DNA of 62,368 nt from positions 1 through 62,368 of the forward strand of contig CAKQQU010000002.1 in NCBI GenBank assembly GCA_934271085.1, read 5' to 3'. The DNA comes from an uncultured Bacillota bacterium. GTDB lineage: Bacteria > Bacillota > Dehalobacteriia > UBA4068. The notes beneath the pieces are model-generated. The model was not told where the DNA came from and made no database searches. It was given only the letters and a program-made list of their open reading frames with translations. Position numbers and translations under genes: made by a program. Positions 17,032-26,653 of this stretch are shown here, one piece after another. Within the stretch, counting starts at the first letter, position 1. Every line of letters begins with the position of its first letter.

Positions 17032-17068
17032 AAAAAGAGCAGGCTGCTATAAGTAGCCTGCTCTTTTT
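17032..17068. terminator. Bidirectional terminator between cdd and pdxT
   Basis: AAAAAGAGCAGGCT-GCTATAAGT-AGCCTGCTCTTTTT. Confidence 0.8.
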
Positions 17069-17109
17069 ATTTAAGCTGTCGTTAAAAACGGCGGCCTTTG
17101 CGAAGCTTT

Positions 17110-17688
17110 TTATTTGCCGGTAAAGCTTTTAGCCATATCTAAAAAACGCTGATGCACTTTTGTATCCTGATCAAGCTCCGGATGGAAGGACATAGCCAGC
17201 TGATTGCCATAACTTACTGCTACGATATTGCCATCTACTCTGGCCAGAACCTCAACGCCATCGCTGACCTGTTCTATATAAGGAGCCCGGATAAAGGTCA
17301 TGGGGATAATCCCACAGCCGCTGAATTCGGCTTCGGTATAAAAACTGCCAAGCTGGCGGCCGTAAGCATTGCGCCTTACCTGAACCGGCAGAGTAGCCAG
17401 CCAGCGACGCTCGTCATTGACCGAGCCTTCGGCCAGCAGGATCAGCCCGGCGCAGGTAGCCAGCACCGGCAGACCTTCTGCTATCCGTTTTTGCAGGGGC
17501 TCGAACATTCCCAGATCATGCAGCAGTTTTCCCTGCACCGTGCTTTCTCCACCGGGCAGAATCAGGCCGTCCAGCGGCTGCTCCATATCCCTAAGCTGCC
17601 GCAATTCTACCCATTCAGCGCCCAGGCGGCTGAGCATCTGCTCATGCTCGGCAAAGGCTCCCTGTACTGCCAGTACGCCGATTTTCAT
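17110..17688 (-). CDS. pdxT: Pyridoxal 5-phosphate synthase glutaminase subunit
   Basis: 192 aa. MKIGVLAVQGAFAEH N-terminus, a catalytic Cys context (LATCAGLILL), and a position immediately downstream of pdxS. Confidence 0.9.
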   Translation of the reverse strand: MKIGVLAVQGAFAEHEQMLSRLGAEWVELRQLRDMEQPLDGLILPGGESTVQGKLLHDLGMFEPLQKRIAEGLPVLATCAGLILLAEGSVNDERRWLATLPVQVRRNAYGRQLGSFYTEAEFSGCGIIPMTFIRAPYIEQVSDGVEVLARVDGNIVAVSYGNQLAMSFHPELDQDTKVHQRFLDMAKSFTGK

Positions 17689-17689
17689 T

Positions 17690-18568
17690 TTATTTTCCCC
17701 TTTCCGCCATCAGCAGCTGTATCTCCTGCTCATTGATGCCTACCATGGCTTCTCCCAGATCCTCGGAAAGCTCGGCGATCAATTTGGCGTCAGTATAATT
17801 TGTTACAGCCTGTACGATGGCGGCAGCTCTTTTGGCCGGGTTGCCGGATTTGAAGATACCGGAGCCAACAAAAACGCCCTCCGCGCCTAACTGCATCATC
17901 AATGCTGCGTCTGCAGGAGTTGCTACGCCGCCTGCGGCAAAGTTCACTACCGGCAGCCTGCCATGCTCATGAACATAGGCCACCAGTTCATAGGGTACCT
18001 GCAGCTCTTTGGCTTCGTTGAACAGTTCATCCGGACGCATGGCGGTGATCTTGGCGATAGCTGCATTCATCATGCGCATATGCCGCACAGCCTGTACAAC
18101 GTCGCCGGTGCCGGGCTCGCCCTTGGTGCGGATCATGGATGCGCCCTCATTAATGCGGCGCAGAGCTTCTCCCAGATCACGGGCGCCGCAGACAAAGGGT
18201 ACTTTGAACTTGGTCTTATCAATATGATAGGTGTCGTCTGCCGGGGAAAGTACTTCGCTCTCATCGATGTAGTCGATCTCGATGGCTTCCAGTAACTGAG
18301 CCTCTACAAAATGGCCGATACGGCATTTAGCCATTACCGGGATGGAAACAGCCTGCTGGATTCCTTTGATCATCTTGGGATCGCTCATACGGGAGACGCC
18401 GCCGGCAGCCCGGATATCCGCAGGGATGCGTTCCAGAGCCATGACTGCGCAGGCGCCTGCTGCCTCAGCAATAGCAGCCTGCTCCGGCGTGGTTACATCC
18501 ATAATAACGCCGCCCTTGAGCATCTGCGCCAGCTCTTTATTTAATTCGTATTGTTTATTATTATCCAT
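17690..18568 (-). CDS. pdxS: Pyridoxal 5-phosphate synthase lyase subunit
   Basis: Highly conserved PdxS sequence ([19 protein letters not shown]-like, GEPGTG). ATG 18568 ([11 protein letters not shown]) is preferred over the longer track ORF start at 18619. Confidence 0.9.
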   Translation of the reverse strand: MDNNKQYELNKELAQMLKGGVIMDVTTPEQAAIAEAAGACAVMALERIPADIRAAGGVSRMSDPKMIKGIQQAVSIPVMAKCRIGHFVEAQLLEAIEIDYIDESEVLSPADDTYHIDKTKFKVPFVCGARDLGEALRRINEGASMIRTKGEPGTGDVVQAVRHMRMMNAAIAKITAMRPDELFNEAKELQVPYELVAYVHEHGRLPVVNFAAGGVATPADAALMMQLGAEGVFVGSGIFKSGNPAKRAAAIVQAVTNYTDAKLIAELSEDLGEAMVGINEQEIQLLMAERGK

Positions 18569-18598
18569 AATGCTTACCTCACTTATCTTTTTATTTGC

Positions 18599-18627
18599 TT
18601 GACAGTGCTGATGAACCATATTATAAT
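18599..18627 (+). promoter_or_regulatory. Consensus sigma-A-type promoter for pdxR (TTGACA-17 nt-TATAAT)
   Basis: Both hexamers match the consensus exactly and the spacer is 17 nt. It lies inside the pdxS-pdxR divergent region. Confidence 0.6.
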
Positions 18628-18708
18628 CATTTCTGACTATAAGGAAATATTCAAATCAAGCTTATTTAATATGGTCAGAGCGACCTGGAAAAGCGGTGAT
18701 AAAAAGTT

Positions 18709-20109
18709 ATGCTAACCTATTCTTTCAGTAATATAGGGTCAGAGCATTTGTACGAGCATTTGTATAAATGTCTGAAAAATGATATTTTAACAGGCGTTTT
18801 GCCAGCAGGCAGCAAGCTCCCTTCTAAACGTGGTTTTGCTGCAAATCTGGGTATAAGCCCCATAACTGTAGAGAATGCTTATGCCCAACTTTTGGTGGAA
18901 GGTTATATTTTTTCTCTTCCCAGAAAAGGCTTTTTTGTGTCAGAAAATATCGTTCCCTGCACCGTAACTGCCGAATCAGGCAACACTTCTGCTGAAAGCG
19001 GCTGCCAGCAGGAATGGTTTGCCGATTTTTGCAGCAATCAAACAGAGCCGGAACGCTTTCCCTTTTCCGTATGGACAAAATTACTGCGGGAGGTATGCGG
19101 GGACCGCAGCCGGCAGCTTATGACGAATTCTCCCGCCTCCGGTGTCTGGGAGCTGCGGCAGGCGATCGCCGGGTTTTTAAGGCAGTTCAGGGCTATGGAT
19201 ATTGCCCCGGAAAGGATAGTTGTAGGGGCAGGCACAGAGTATCTTTATGGCCTGCTTATACAGTTGCTGGGAAGAGATAAGGTTTACGGACTTGAGGATC
19301 CGGGATATCCCAAGCTGGGGCGTATCTATAACAGCTTTGGCGTGGAAAGGCGGTATATACCGCTTAATAACGGTGTGCCTGACCATTCTCTGATAAGCAG
19401 CGGCGTACAGGTCATGCATATTTCCCCGGCTCATCATTATCCTACCGGTTCGGTTATGCCGGTATCCGCCCGCTATGAATTGCTGGCCTGGGCTGCGGAG
19501 GAAGAAGGACGATATATAATCGAGGATGATTATGATTCGGAATTCCGTTTAAGCGGCCAGCCTATTCCCACCCTGCAAAGCATAGATGTTACCGGAAAGG
19601 TAATTTATTTAAATACTTTTGCCAAAAGCCTTAGCTCAACCCTGCGTATCAGCTATATGGTGCTGCCGCAGAAGCTGGCGGAACGCTTCCGGGACAGGCT
19701 TTCCTTTTACAGTTGTCCTGTTGGTAATTTTGAGCAGTACACATTAGCGCGTTTTATACGCGATGGATATTTTGAAAAACATATCAATCGGATGCGCAAT
19801 CATTACCGCCGTAAAAGGGATATCCTTCTGCAGGCTTTTACCAACAGCGGCCTGCCTGCCGACTCTGTATTGCAGCAGGATGCGGGATTGCATTTCCTGC
19901 TGAGCCCGCCGGCAGGCAGAAGTGATGAAGAGCTGGCGGCTGCTGCGGCGGCCGAAGGGATAAAAGTGTCTTTCTTATCCCAGTATTATCATGATCCTGC
20001 TGCAGCTCCAGCTCCTCAGTTAGCGGTAATTAATTATTCCTCTATAGACGGCGAAAAAACAGAAGAAGCGGTGCACAGACTGCTGAAAGCCTTTGGTTGC
20101 AAGCCGTAA
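18709..20109 (+). CDS. pdxR: MocR/PdxR-type regulator (GntR wHTH fused to an aminotransferase-fold PLP domain)
   Basis: 466 aa. N-terminal GntR HTH (LPSKRGFAANLGISPITVENAY). An aminotransferase-fold domain with the PLP-lysine context NTFAKSLS. Divergent from pdxST. Confidence 0.8.
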   Translation: MLTYSFSNIGSEHLYEHLYKCLKNDILTGVLPAGSKLPSKRGFAANLGISPITVENAYAQLLVEGYIFSLPRKGFFVSENIVPCTVTAESGNTSAESGCQQEWFADFCSNQTEPERFPFSVWTKLLREVCGDRSRQLMTNSPASGVWELRQAIAGFLRQFRAMDIAPERIVVGAGTEYLYGLLIQLLGRDKVYGLEDPGYPKLGRIYNSFGVERRYIPLNNGVPDHSLISSGVQVMHISPAHHYPTGSVMPVSARYELLAWAAEEEGRYIIEDDYDSEFRLSGQPIPTLQSIDVTGKVIYLNTFAKSLSSTLRISYMVLPQKLAERFRDRLSFYSCPVGNFEQYTLARFIRDGYFEKHINRMRNHYRRKRDILLQAFTNSGLPADSVLQQDAGLHFLLSPPAGRSDEELAAAAAAEGIKVSFLSQYYHDPAAAPAPQLAVINYSSIDGEKTEEAVHRLLKAFGCKP

Positions 20110-20176
20110 ATTAGATATCAGGCATTTTAAAGACTTAAGCAGCTTGGTAAATTGCGCGTGAATACCGGATATTAAA

Positions 20177-20225
20177 GAAAAGCCCGCAGCTTCCCTTAAT
20201 TTCAGGGAAACCGTGGGCTTTTTGT
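20177..20225. terminator. Terminator between the convergent pdxR and ABC-2 membrane genes
   Basis: AGCCCGCAGCTTCCCT-TAATTTC-AGGGAAACCGTGGGCT followed by TTTTTGTTTTT. Confidence 0.7.
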
Positions 20226-20258
20226 TTTTCGGTTGGAAAAGATGAAATTTTTATTTTG

Positions 20259-22625
20259 CTATTGGGCAATAAAATAAAAGGTCAGCCAGTTAACGCTGCC
20301 GTCCGCAGCCTGATAGCGGGTCTGGATCTGCTGGTCCGGCTTGGCGTCTATCATGCAGTTTTTCCAAAAGCTGTATTCGCTGTAACTGCGGCCCATTATG
20401 TCCAGAATGATATCCATATTGTTTTTGGGGTAATAGGTAATGCTTTCGGCAGTCTCGGTATAACAAGCATCGCCATAATATCTATTGTATGATGTCCTTT
20501 GAATATCCCCCTGTACTGAGGTATAAGTATCGGATGTTGTGTATGGTGCGGTAGCCGGAAACAGGTTTTGCTCCTCTGATGCTTCCTGGTTCAGGGGATC
20601 GTTGCTGCCAGCTTCCTGCAGCGAATAAGTGGTAAGCTGCAGGCTGATAATGCTGTCGTAATCAAGCTGCCAGGCTTCCTCTGTTATGCCAAGCTGCTCA
20701 AGCGCCGCCAGAGTGCCGCTGAATCTTTCGTATATAGGATACTCAAACTGCAAACATTCCTTTTTCTGCAATTCCTTATAAGTGCCTTCGGCGGGATATG
20801 CAAAGACGTCAAATACCAGATGGCCTATGGGCATTTCCTGGCTGATCACAGCAGAATCCATGGCAAGCAGTTCCCGGCAGTAGGTATTGAAAAGCTCGGT
20901 TACATCATAGTTCAGCAGATAATTGCCTGTCATAGTTTCATCGGAATCTGCTTTCGGGCTATAGCTGTAATAATTGCCTGTGGTGTAAAATTCCAGATAA
21001 TCTAACCGTACCTGCGAGGGATCAAACCCTGCAAGATAGTATTTTTGCTGGCGATATACAGGGTCGTCATATATGGCACATAATTCATCCCGTATATCCG
21101 CTATGGCCAGGTCGGTATTATAAATGCGGGAAACCTGTTTGCCGCTGCTTAGAGTATAGCGGATAATCATATTCGTACTCTGGGGATAGATGGCGGCAAT
21201 ATAATTACCGTAGCGGTCATATTGGCCGTAGCTGTTTTGTGATTCTGCAGGGGCGCAGTCGCAATCCAGATATCCTTCCTGAACCAGGAATTTTTCGGCT
21301 ATGCTTATGGCTGCTGCTATAGCTGCCGGATCTTCGCTGAAGCCTCTTTGCAGGCTTTGTTCTGCACCTAAATACTTTTGAAGCTGCTGGTTATCAGAGC
21401 TTTTCTCTCGGTAAGTATAATTGTATGAATAATCATTGATGTGAATAACAAAAGGCTCATAATCATTAAAGTTGTCGAAGCGTACTTCTACCGCAGTCAC
21501 ATCATCTTTGTCAGGCAGATAGCTGTTGAAACCGCCCACATCGCCTATGAGCAGCAGGCAGCATCCGGAGAAAGCCCCAAAGATAAAGGCCAATGGCAGT
21601 AATTTTTTGCCGATCGCCCGGAAATCAGCGTGAAAGATTATCTCAATAGTTTGGGCAATGATAAAGCTGCCCAGCAGCGCGCCGATAAAGAACCACGGCC
21701 AGCTGGTGTAGCCGTTGCTTACAGAATCCCCTATATCATGGAAGAAAAGGGCAAAAGCCGCAGCCGCCATAATGGTTATGGGGTACTTGAAAAAGGCGCG
21801 GCTTTTGGGAAATGCCAGGGCGTGTCCGGCAGCTTCGCTGGGACGGCGGCGGAAAAGCAGCACAGCTATCCAGGTTATCAGAGCGGTAAGGGCTATCATC
21901 AGAAGTATTTCCCACCAGGGTATGGGAGAGTTTACTACATAGCGGGCTATCGGCGAGCTGTGAGTCAGCAAGCCATCCCAATCAGTAAGCTGATCATACC
22001 AGGTAGGTTGGAATGCCCGGCGGAGATAGCGGTAAAGCAGGATAACTGCCGGCCCCACTGCCAGGAAAAATGCAGACATCAGTATTCCTATGCTGGTCTT
22101 TCCACAAAATACCGTAGCCAGGATCACAGTGGAGTATATAAGCAGGAAAAAAAGCAGATGTATCCCTGCGCCAACCAGGATCGTATTGGCGGAAAGAAAG
22201 GGGCCAAAGCCCATGACTGCAAGGATAATGATAGTAAGCAGCAGGTTAAAAAGATAGGGTATTGTTACCGAAAACAGGCCGCAGAGATAGTTTACGGCAA
22301 AAATATGGGTTTTGGTAAAGGGCAGGCTATTATAAAAATCAACCTGGCTGCCTTTATTCATATCCACAAAGTTCAGTATGCCTGCTGCAATGGCCAATAT
22401 ACTGAATATGCAGATCATGATGACATCTGATTGGCTGAAAAAGCCAGGCATATTACTTGTCAGTGATTCCAGGGTGACAACATCGGTGGCATAAATAAAG
22501 CTTTGATACTTAATTCCCGCCCGGATAGGCAGGGCAAAGAAAAAGGTAAGAAAGGCTATTGCCAGGAACCACAATCTTTTTTTGAGGGTAAAACGGATAT
22601 CAAAGCCCAAGGTCCGGAAGATCAT
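20259..22625 (-). CDS. Large ABC-2-type membrane protein (788 aa) with an extracytoplasmic C-terminal half of about 400 aa
   Basis: The N-terminal half has multiple hydrophobic helices. The C-terminal half is hydrophilic and Tyr/Asp-rich. It overlaps the upstream ABC ATPase gene by 26 nt, which suggests coupling. Confidence 0.65.
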   Translation of the reverse strand: MIFRTLGFDIRFTLKKRLWFLAIAFLTFFFALPIRAGIKYQSFIYATDVVTLESLTSNMPGFFSQSDVIMICIFSILAIAAGILNFVDMNKGSQVDFYNSLPFTKTHIFAVNYLCGLFSVTIPYLFNLLLTIIILAVMGFGPFLSANTILVGAGIHLLFFLLIYSTVILATVFCGKTSIGILMSAFFLAVGPAVILLYRYLRRAFQPTWYDQLTDWDGLLTHSSPIARYVVNSPIPWWEILLMIALTALITWIAVLLFRRRPSEAAGHALAFPKSRAFFKYPITIMAAAAFALFFHDIGDSVSNGYTSWPWFFIGALLGSFIIAQTIEIIFHADFRAIGKKLLPLAFIFGAFSGCCLLLIGDVGGFNSYLPDKDDVTAVEVRFDNFNDYEPFVIHINDYSYNYTYREKSSDNQQLQKYLGAEQSLQRGFSEDPAAIAAAISIAEKFLVQEGYLDCDCAPAESQNSYGQYDRYGNYIAAIYPQSTNMIIRYTLSSGKQVSRIYNTDLAIADIRDELCAIYDDPVYRQQKYYLAGFDPSQVRLDYLEFYTTGNYYSYSPKADSDETMTGNYLLNYDVTELFNTYCRELLAMDSAVISQEMPIGHLVFDVFAYPAEGTYKELQKKECLQFEYPIYERFSGTLAALEQLGITEEAWQLDYDSIISLQLTTYSLQEAGSNDPLNQEASEEQNLFPATAPYTTSDTYTSVQGDIQRTSYNRYYGDACYTETAESITYYPKNNMDIILDIMGRSYSEYSFWKNCMIDAKPDQQIQTRYQAADGSVNWLTFYFIAQ

Positions 22626-23499
22626 AGCCGACCACCTCCGTTTCTGTTATGAATACTTCTTCCAGGGTCAGGGGCAGTAATTCCATAAAAACAGGATTGG
22701 CGGAATTGATGCGGCGGGCGATCTCTTCTCTGTCACCCCTGATTATCATCGTCTGCAGCCTGCCGCGCTCTTTTTCGCTGATAATATCCATACCGGGAAA
22801 ATTTTTCTGATGAAGCGGCTTGTCAAAAACCACCTGCAGCTTATGTACTGTCAGACGCATTTCTTCCAGGTCTTTGGAAAGCAGCAGACCTCCCTTGTGC
22901 AGAAGCCCCACATGGTCGCATATATCTTCCAGCTCCCGCAGATTATGGGAAGCTATCACCGGAGTAAGCCCCCGTCCGGCCATAGCGTCCGCCATAAGGC
23001 TTTTTACCGCCTGGCGCATCACCGGATCAAGGCCGTCAAAAGTTTCGTCACAAAGCAGATAGGTGGTATTGGCGCATATGCCTGCCAGCAGGGAAAGCTG
23101 TTTTTTCATCCCTTTGGAAAAGGTGTTGACCTTACGCTGGGCAGGCAGGGCAAAGGCTTTCAGCAGTTTGCTGAAACCCTCCTTGTCAAATGCGGGATAA
23201 TGGGTGGAATAAAAAACGCCTTGCTCTGCCGGAGTTGTATTGGCAAAAAAATACTGGTTGTCGGCAATGTAAAATAACTGCTGTTTTGCTGCCGGGTTTT
23301 CGTAGATATTGCTGCCATCCAGGGTAAGGCTGCCGCTGTTTTGGCGCAGTATGCCGGCTATCATTCTCAGTAAGGTGGATTTACCTGCACCGTTAGTGCC
23401 CAGCAGCCCAAAAGCCGTGCCCTCGTGGATAGTCATATCCACATTATTGACTGCCATGATATCGCCAAAGCTTTTTGTTAAACCTGTGCTTTCGATCAT
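22600..23499 (-). CDS. ABC transporter ATP-binding protein
   Basis: Walker A GTNGAGKST, Walker B LLCDETFDGLD, and an ATGA overlap with the upstream GntR gene. Confidence 0.85.
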   Translation of the reverse strand: MIESTGLTKSFGDIMAVNNVDMTIHEGTAFGLLGTNGAGKSTLLRMIAGILRQNSGSLTLDGSNIYENPAAKQQLFYIADNQYFFANTTPAEQGVFYSTHYPAFDKEGFSKLLKAFALPAQRKVNTFSKGMKKQLSLLAGICANTTYLLCDETFDGLDPVMRQAVKSLMADAMAGRGLTPVIASHNLRELEDICDHVGLLHKGGLLLSKDLEEMRLTVHKLQVVFDKPLHQKNFPGMDIISEKERGRLQTMIIRGDREEIARRINSANPVFMELLPLTLEEVFITETEVVGYDLPDLGL

Positions 23500-23885
23500 T
23501 TCGCAGCCCCCTTTCCCGGCTTTTTATTCCAGGCTTTATCGCAAAGATCCATAAAATCTTCCTGTTCCATAACTATTTGATGTGCTTCTGCTGCGGCTTC
23601 TTCCAGCTTTTGGCTGAGAGTATCAATTATCTGCTGCCGCAAAGCGCAGCTGTTGCCGCAAAGAAAACTGCCTCTTCCGGGCAGAGAATAAATTATCCCC
23701 TTGGCTTCCAGCTCGCTGTAGGCTTTGGCGATAGTATTGGGATTTATGGAAAGTTCTACTGCCAGGGATCTTACTGATGGCAGTTGACCATCCGGCTGCA
23801 ATACACCTCTGGCCGCCAGGTTTTCCACATTGTCAATGATCTGTCTGTATATGGGGGTTCGCGATCTGTAATCAATAGAGAACAT
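23496..23885 (-). CDS. GntR-family regulator, YtrA subfamily (short effector domain)
   Basis: 129 aa. HTH LPSVRSLAVELSINPNTIAKAY. First gene of a regulator-ATPase-permease operon. Confidence 0.8.
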   Translation of the reverse strand: MFSIDYRSRTPIYRQIIDNVENLAARGVLQPDGQLPSVRSLAVELSINPNTIAKAYSELEAKGIIYSLPGRGSFLCGNSCALRQQIIDTLSQKLEEAAAEAHQIVMEQEDFMDLCDKAWNKKPGKGAAK

Positions 23886-23963
23886 GGCAGTATCCTTTCT
23901 GAAAATTAGGCGGCGATTATCCGGTTTCCATGCCGGGTTTGCCGTTAAAAATTTGTATGTTTC

Positions 23964-24002
23964 TATACTGACTGTATTAATAGAACTAATACAGTTAGTA
24001 TA
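23964..24002. promoter_or_regulatory. Candidate YtrA-type operator: 16-bp inverted repeat TATACTGACTGTATTA-N7-TAATACAGTTAGTATA
   Basis: The arms match at 15 of 16 positions. It lies 80-117 nt upstream of the GntR start codon. Confidence 0.6.
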
Positions 24003-24355
24003 GAATGGCGCTGTTTATATGTCAAGAGCATAAAGCAAATATTTCAACAAATCCCGGTTTTTTTTGTATCAAAGGGGTAAAAATGAAAAATTTTCGATAT
24101 ATTATAATTAGAATATTTAATTTTTTTTAAATATTTTTTTATCTACATATTGTATTATTCTCGGAAAATTGCGAAAATTTTTAGCAAATAGGCATATTTT
24201 TGCGCCCTCCTGTCGAAAGAAATATCAATAAGACGATATGTTTAGCTGCAGTTTTAGCAGGAAAATAAAAATCACAGACGAAATATTATTCATCAATAAA
24301 TATTAGAACATATAGATTGCGTCATCATATCTTTCTTGTGAAAGGATTGGATAAA

Positions 24356-25102
24356 ATGTACGCTGATTTGCATAAACTGACTGCTGTGGAAGCTGAGCCC
24401 CTGTCGGATACTGTCTTGTTTCAGGAGGACGGTCTGCGCAATATAGGAGAACATGCTGCCGCTATCGTTCATGAACTGCGCTCTCCGCTGGTGGGCCTCC
24501 ATGCGCAGCTTCAGATGCTCCGCCGTCGTTTGGCTGCCGACGATATCTGTCTGCAGCAACGTTTTGACATGATAACCGGCGAACTGAACCGGCTGAGCCG
24601 TCTTTGCGATCAGGTTATGAGTCTTGCCAACGGCAGGGAAGACGCGCCCCAGATGCTGGATCTTGCTGTTATTTGCAAGGAGACGGAAGACATTTTGCGG
24701 GCCATGGCTATTTCCCGCGGCTGTCAGCTAAAACTTGAGCTGGCGGAGCGTTTGCCCCGCATAATCGGTCAGGAGGAATTGCTGCGCCGTCTGCTCATAA
24801 ATCTCGTAAGCAATGCCATTCAGGCTACCTCCTCTTTCCGTGAGGATGGTAAGATAACTATACGATTAGTGGGCAACAGCAAAGAGCTGCAGCTTTCTGT
24901 TCGGGATAATGGGCCGGGCATGGATGCTTTGACTATCAAACATATCTTTGATCCTTATTTTACCACCAGGGATAAGGGCTGTGGTATGGGACTTGCCATA
25001 TGTACCGACATTGCCCATCGTCATAACGGCAATCTGCAGGTATTCAGCAGCCGCGGAAACGGCGCCACCTTTGTGCTGACTTTGCCTGTACAGCAAAGTT
25101 AG
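24356..25102 (+). CDS. Orphan cytoplasmic histidine kinase (HisKA + HATPase_c only)
   Basis: H-box VHELRSPL, N-box NLVSNAIQA, G1 DNGPGM, G2 GCGMGL. There are no transmembrane segments and only about 40 aa precede the H-box. ATG 24356 follows AAAGGATTGG, whereas the track ORF starts at TTG 24317. Confidence 0.8.
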   Translation: MYADLHKLTAVEAEPLSDTVLFQEDGLRNIGEHAAAIVHELRSPLVGLHAQLQMLRRRLAADDICLQQRFDMITGELNRLSRLCDQVMSLANGREDAPQMLDLAVICKETEDILRAMAISRGCQLKLELAERLPRIIGQEELLRRLLINLVSNAIQATSSFREDGKITIRLVGNSKELQLSVRDNGPGMDALTIKHIFDPYFTTRDKGCGMGLAICTDIAHRHNGNLQVFSSRGNGATFVLTLPVQQS

Positions 25103-25282
25103 CGTATCGGATAAAGGTAATTTAGTTGTCAGCAGTCTGGGCAATAGGCCTGAGGTTTATCTAAAACAAATAAAGGCTTTGTATCCTGCGGCATTGTAAA
25201 TAAAACGGATTTGGCTTATAATAATAAAGATATGGCTGCTTTGGCCATGCTTTATCGCTAACTCACTTAAGGAGAGTGGATT

Positions 25283-26653
25283 ATGAGCCGAATCCGTTTT
25301 TTGTGCGCCCTTTGGGCAGCCCGTTTTACCCGTTTTGTTATCAGTATTGTGGCTCCCGGCAGGGGTACCAGTATGCCGGGCAGTATAGCTTTAAAGATCG
25401 ATCCGGGTTTTATCGGCCATTTTCGGGATGTGGATCCCCACAAAGTGATCTTTATCACAGGCACCAACGGTAAATCGACTACAACTAATCTGTTGGCGGC
25501 CATTATGCGTCAGTCCGGCAAAAAGGCTGCAGTTAACCTGGAAGGAGCCAATTTGGCTGCGGGCGTTGCCGTTACCCTTTTGAGTCACGCTACTTTGGGC
25601 GGCCGTTTCCGTGAGGAATATATCATTATGGAAACGGATGAGCGCTTTTTGCCCATTATCAGCCGTCAGCTTCCTCCTGCCTGGCTTTGCGTTACCAATA
25701 TCCAGAAGGATCAGGTTCAGCGCAACGGCGAACCTGATATAATCTACCGTAAAATAGCTTCTTCACTTCGTTCTGATACAGTACTTTTCCTTAATAACGA
25801 GGAGCCTATTTCTCATTCTTTTGCTTCCATGGTGGATAAGGCTGTGTATTACGGGGTGGCAGAAAACGCCAAAAGCTTTGTTAAACAGGGATTTTTTACT
25901 ACTACAGTGCCTTGTCCTCATTGCGGGGCGCCTATACGTTTTCTGCGGTACAATATTGATAATATCGGCTCTTTTGCCTGTTCCCGCTGTGATTATGCCA
26001 GCGATAAAGCCCCCGCGTATTTTATTCACAGTGTGGATTATAAAAACCGCAGTTTTATGATGGGAAACCGCGTTTATCCCCTGCCTTATGACGCGCCCTA
26101 TTTCCTTTACTGTTATGCGGCGGCTATTGCCATGGCCAGGGAAGCGGGTGTATCTGAGGATGACTGCGTTGCCGCTTTAAGTAAATTTGTCAATATCGGC
26201 GGCCGTCTGGAAAGCCTGCATTTCGGCACCAAGACTATTAATTATATCCGCATGAAACAGGAAAACCCCGAAACTCTCCAAAGCGCGCTGGACTATATCG
26301 CCACTGACAAAAAGAAAAAAATATTTATGCTGGGTCTGGATGAGCTTGTGGATTTCCATCCCCATTATACCAATACCTTTTATGCCTTTGACTGCGATTT
26401 TGATAAGCTTATCGATTCAAATGTCTGCCGCTATATCTGTTTTTCCGGCACTGTGGCTTATGATGCAGCCAACCGCCTGGTTTATGCAGGAGTGCCGAAA
26501 GATAAGATAAGCGTGCTGCCCACCAATGACGATAAGACCATTCTGGACGAGCTGGCAGCCTGTGACTGCGATAATGTTTATCTGATAACCTGGCTTCATA
26601 AATACGAGTCTTTGGAAAAATATATCAAAAATCACGGGGAGGCGAATAAATGA
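25283..26653 (+). CDS. murT: Lipid II isoglutaminyl synthase, Mur-ligase-like subunit
   Basis: Mur ligase P-loop ITGTNGKSTT. Cys4 ribbon CPHCGAPIRF...CSRCDY. Followed by gatD with an overlapping stop/start. Confidence 0.85.
   Translation: MSRIRFLCALWAARFTRFVISIVAPGRGTSMPGSIALKIDPGFIGHFRDVDPHKVIFITGTNGKSTTTNLLAAIMRQSGKKAAVNLEGANLAAGVAVTLLSHATLGGRFREEYIIMETDERFLPIISRQLPPAWLCVTNIQKDQVQRNGEPDIIYRKIASSLRSDTVLFLNNEEPISHSFASMVDKAVYYGVAENAKSFVKQGFFTTTVPCPHCGAPIRFLRYNIDNIGSFACSRCDYASDKAPAYFIHSVDYKNRSFMMGNRVYPLPYDAPYFLYCYAAAIAMAREAGVSEDDCVAALSKFVNIGGRLESLHFGTKTINYIRMKQENPETLQSALDYIATDKKKKIFMLGLDELVDFHPHYTNTFYAFDCDFDKLIDSNVCRYICFSGTVAYDAANRLVYAGVPKDKISVLPTNDDKTILDELAACDCDNVYLITWLHKYESLEKYIKNHGEANK

Noticed and set aside
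24356-25102. The orphan histidine kinase as the missing kinase partner of the HydS-PP2C module
   Set aside because: PP2C phosphatases act on phospho-Ser/Thr, typically in partner-switching systems, not on His-Asp relays. The two loci are 27 kb apart with unrelated genes between them, and nothing in the sequence links them.
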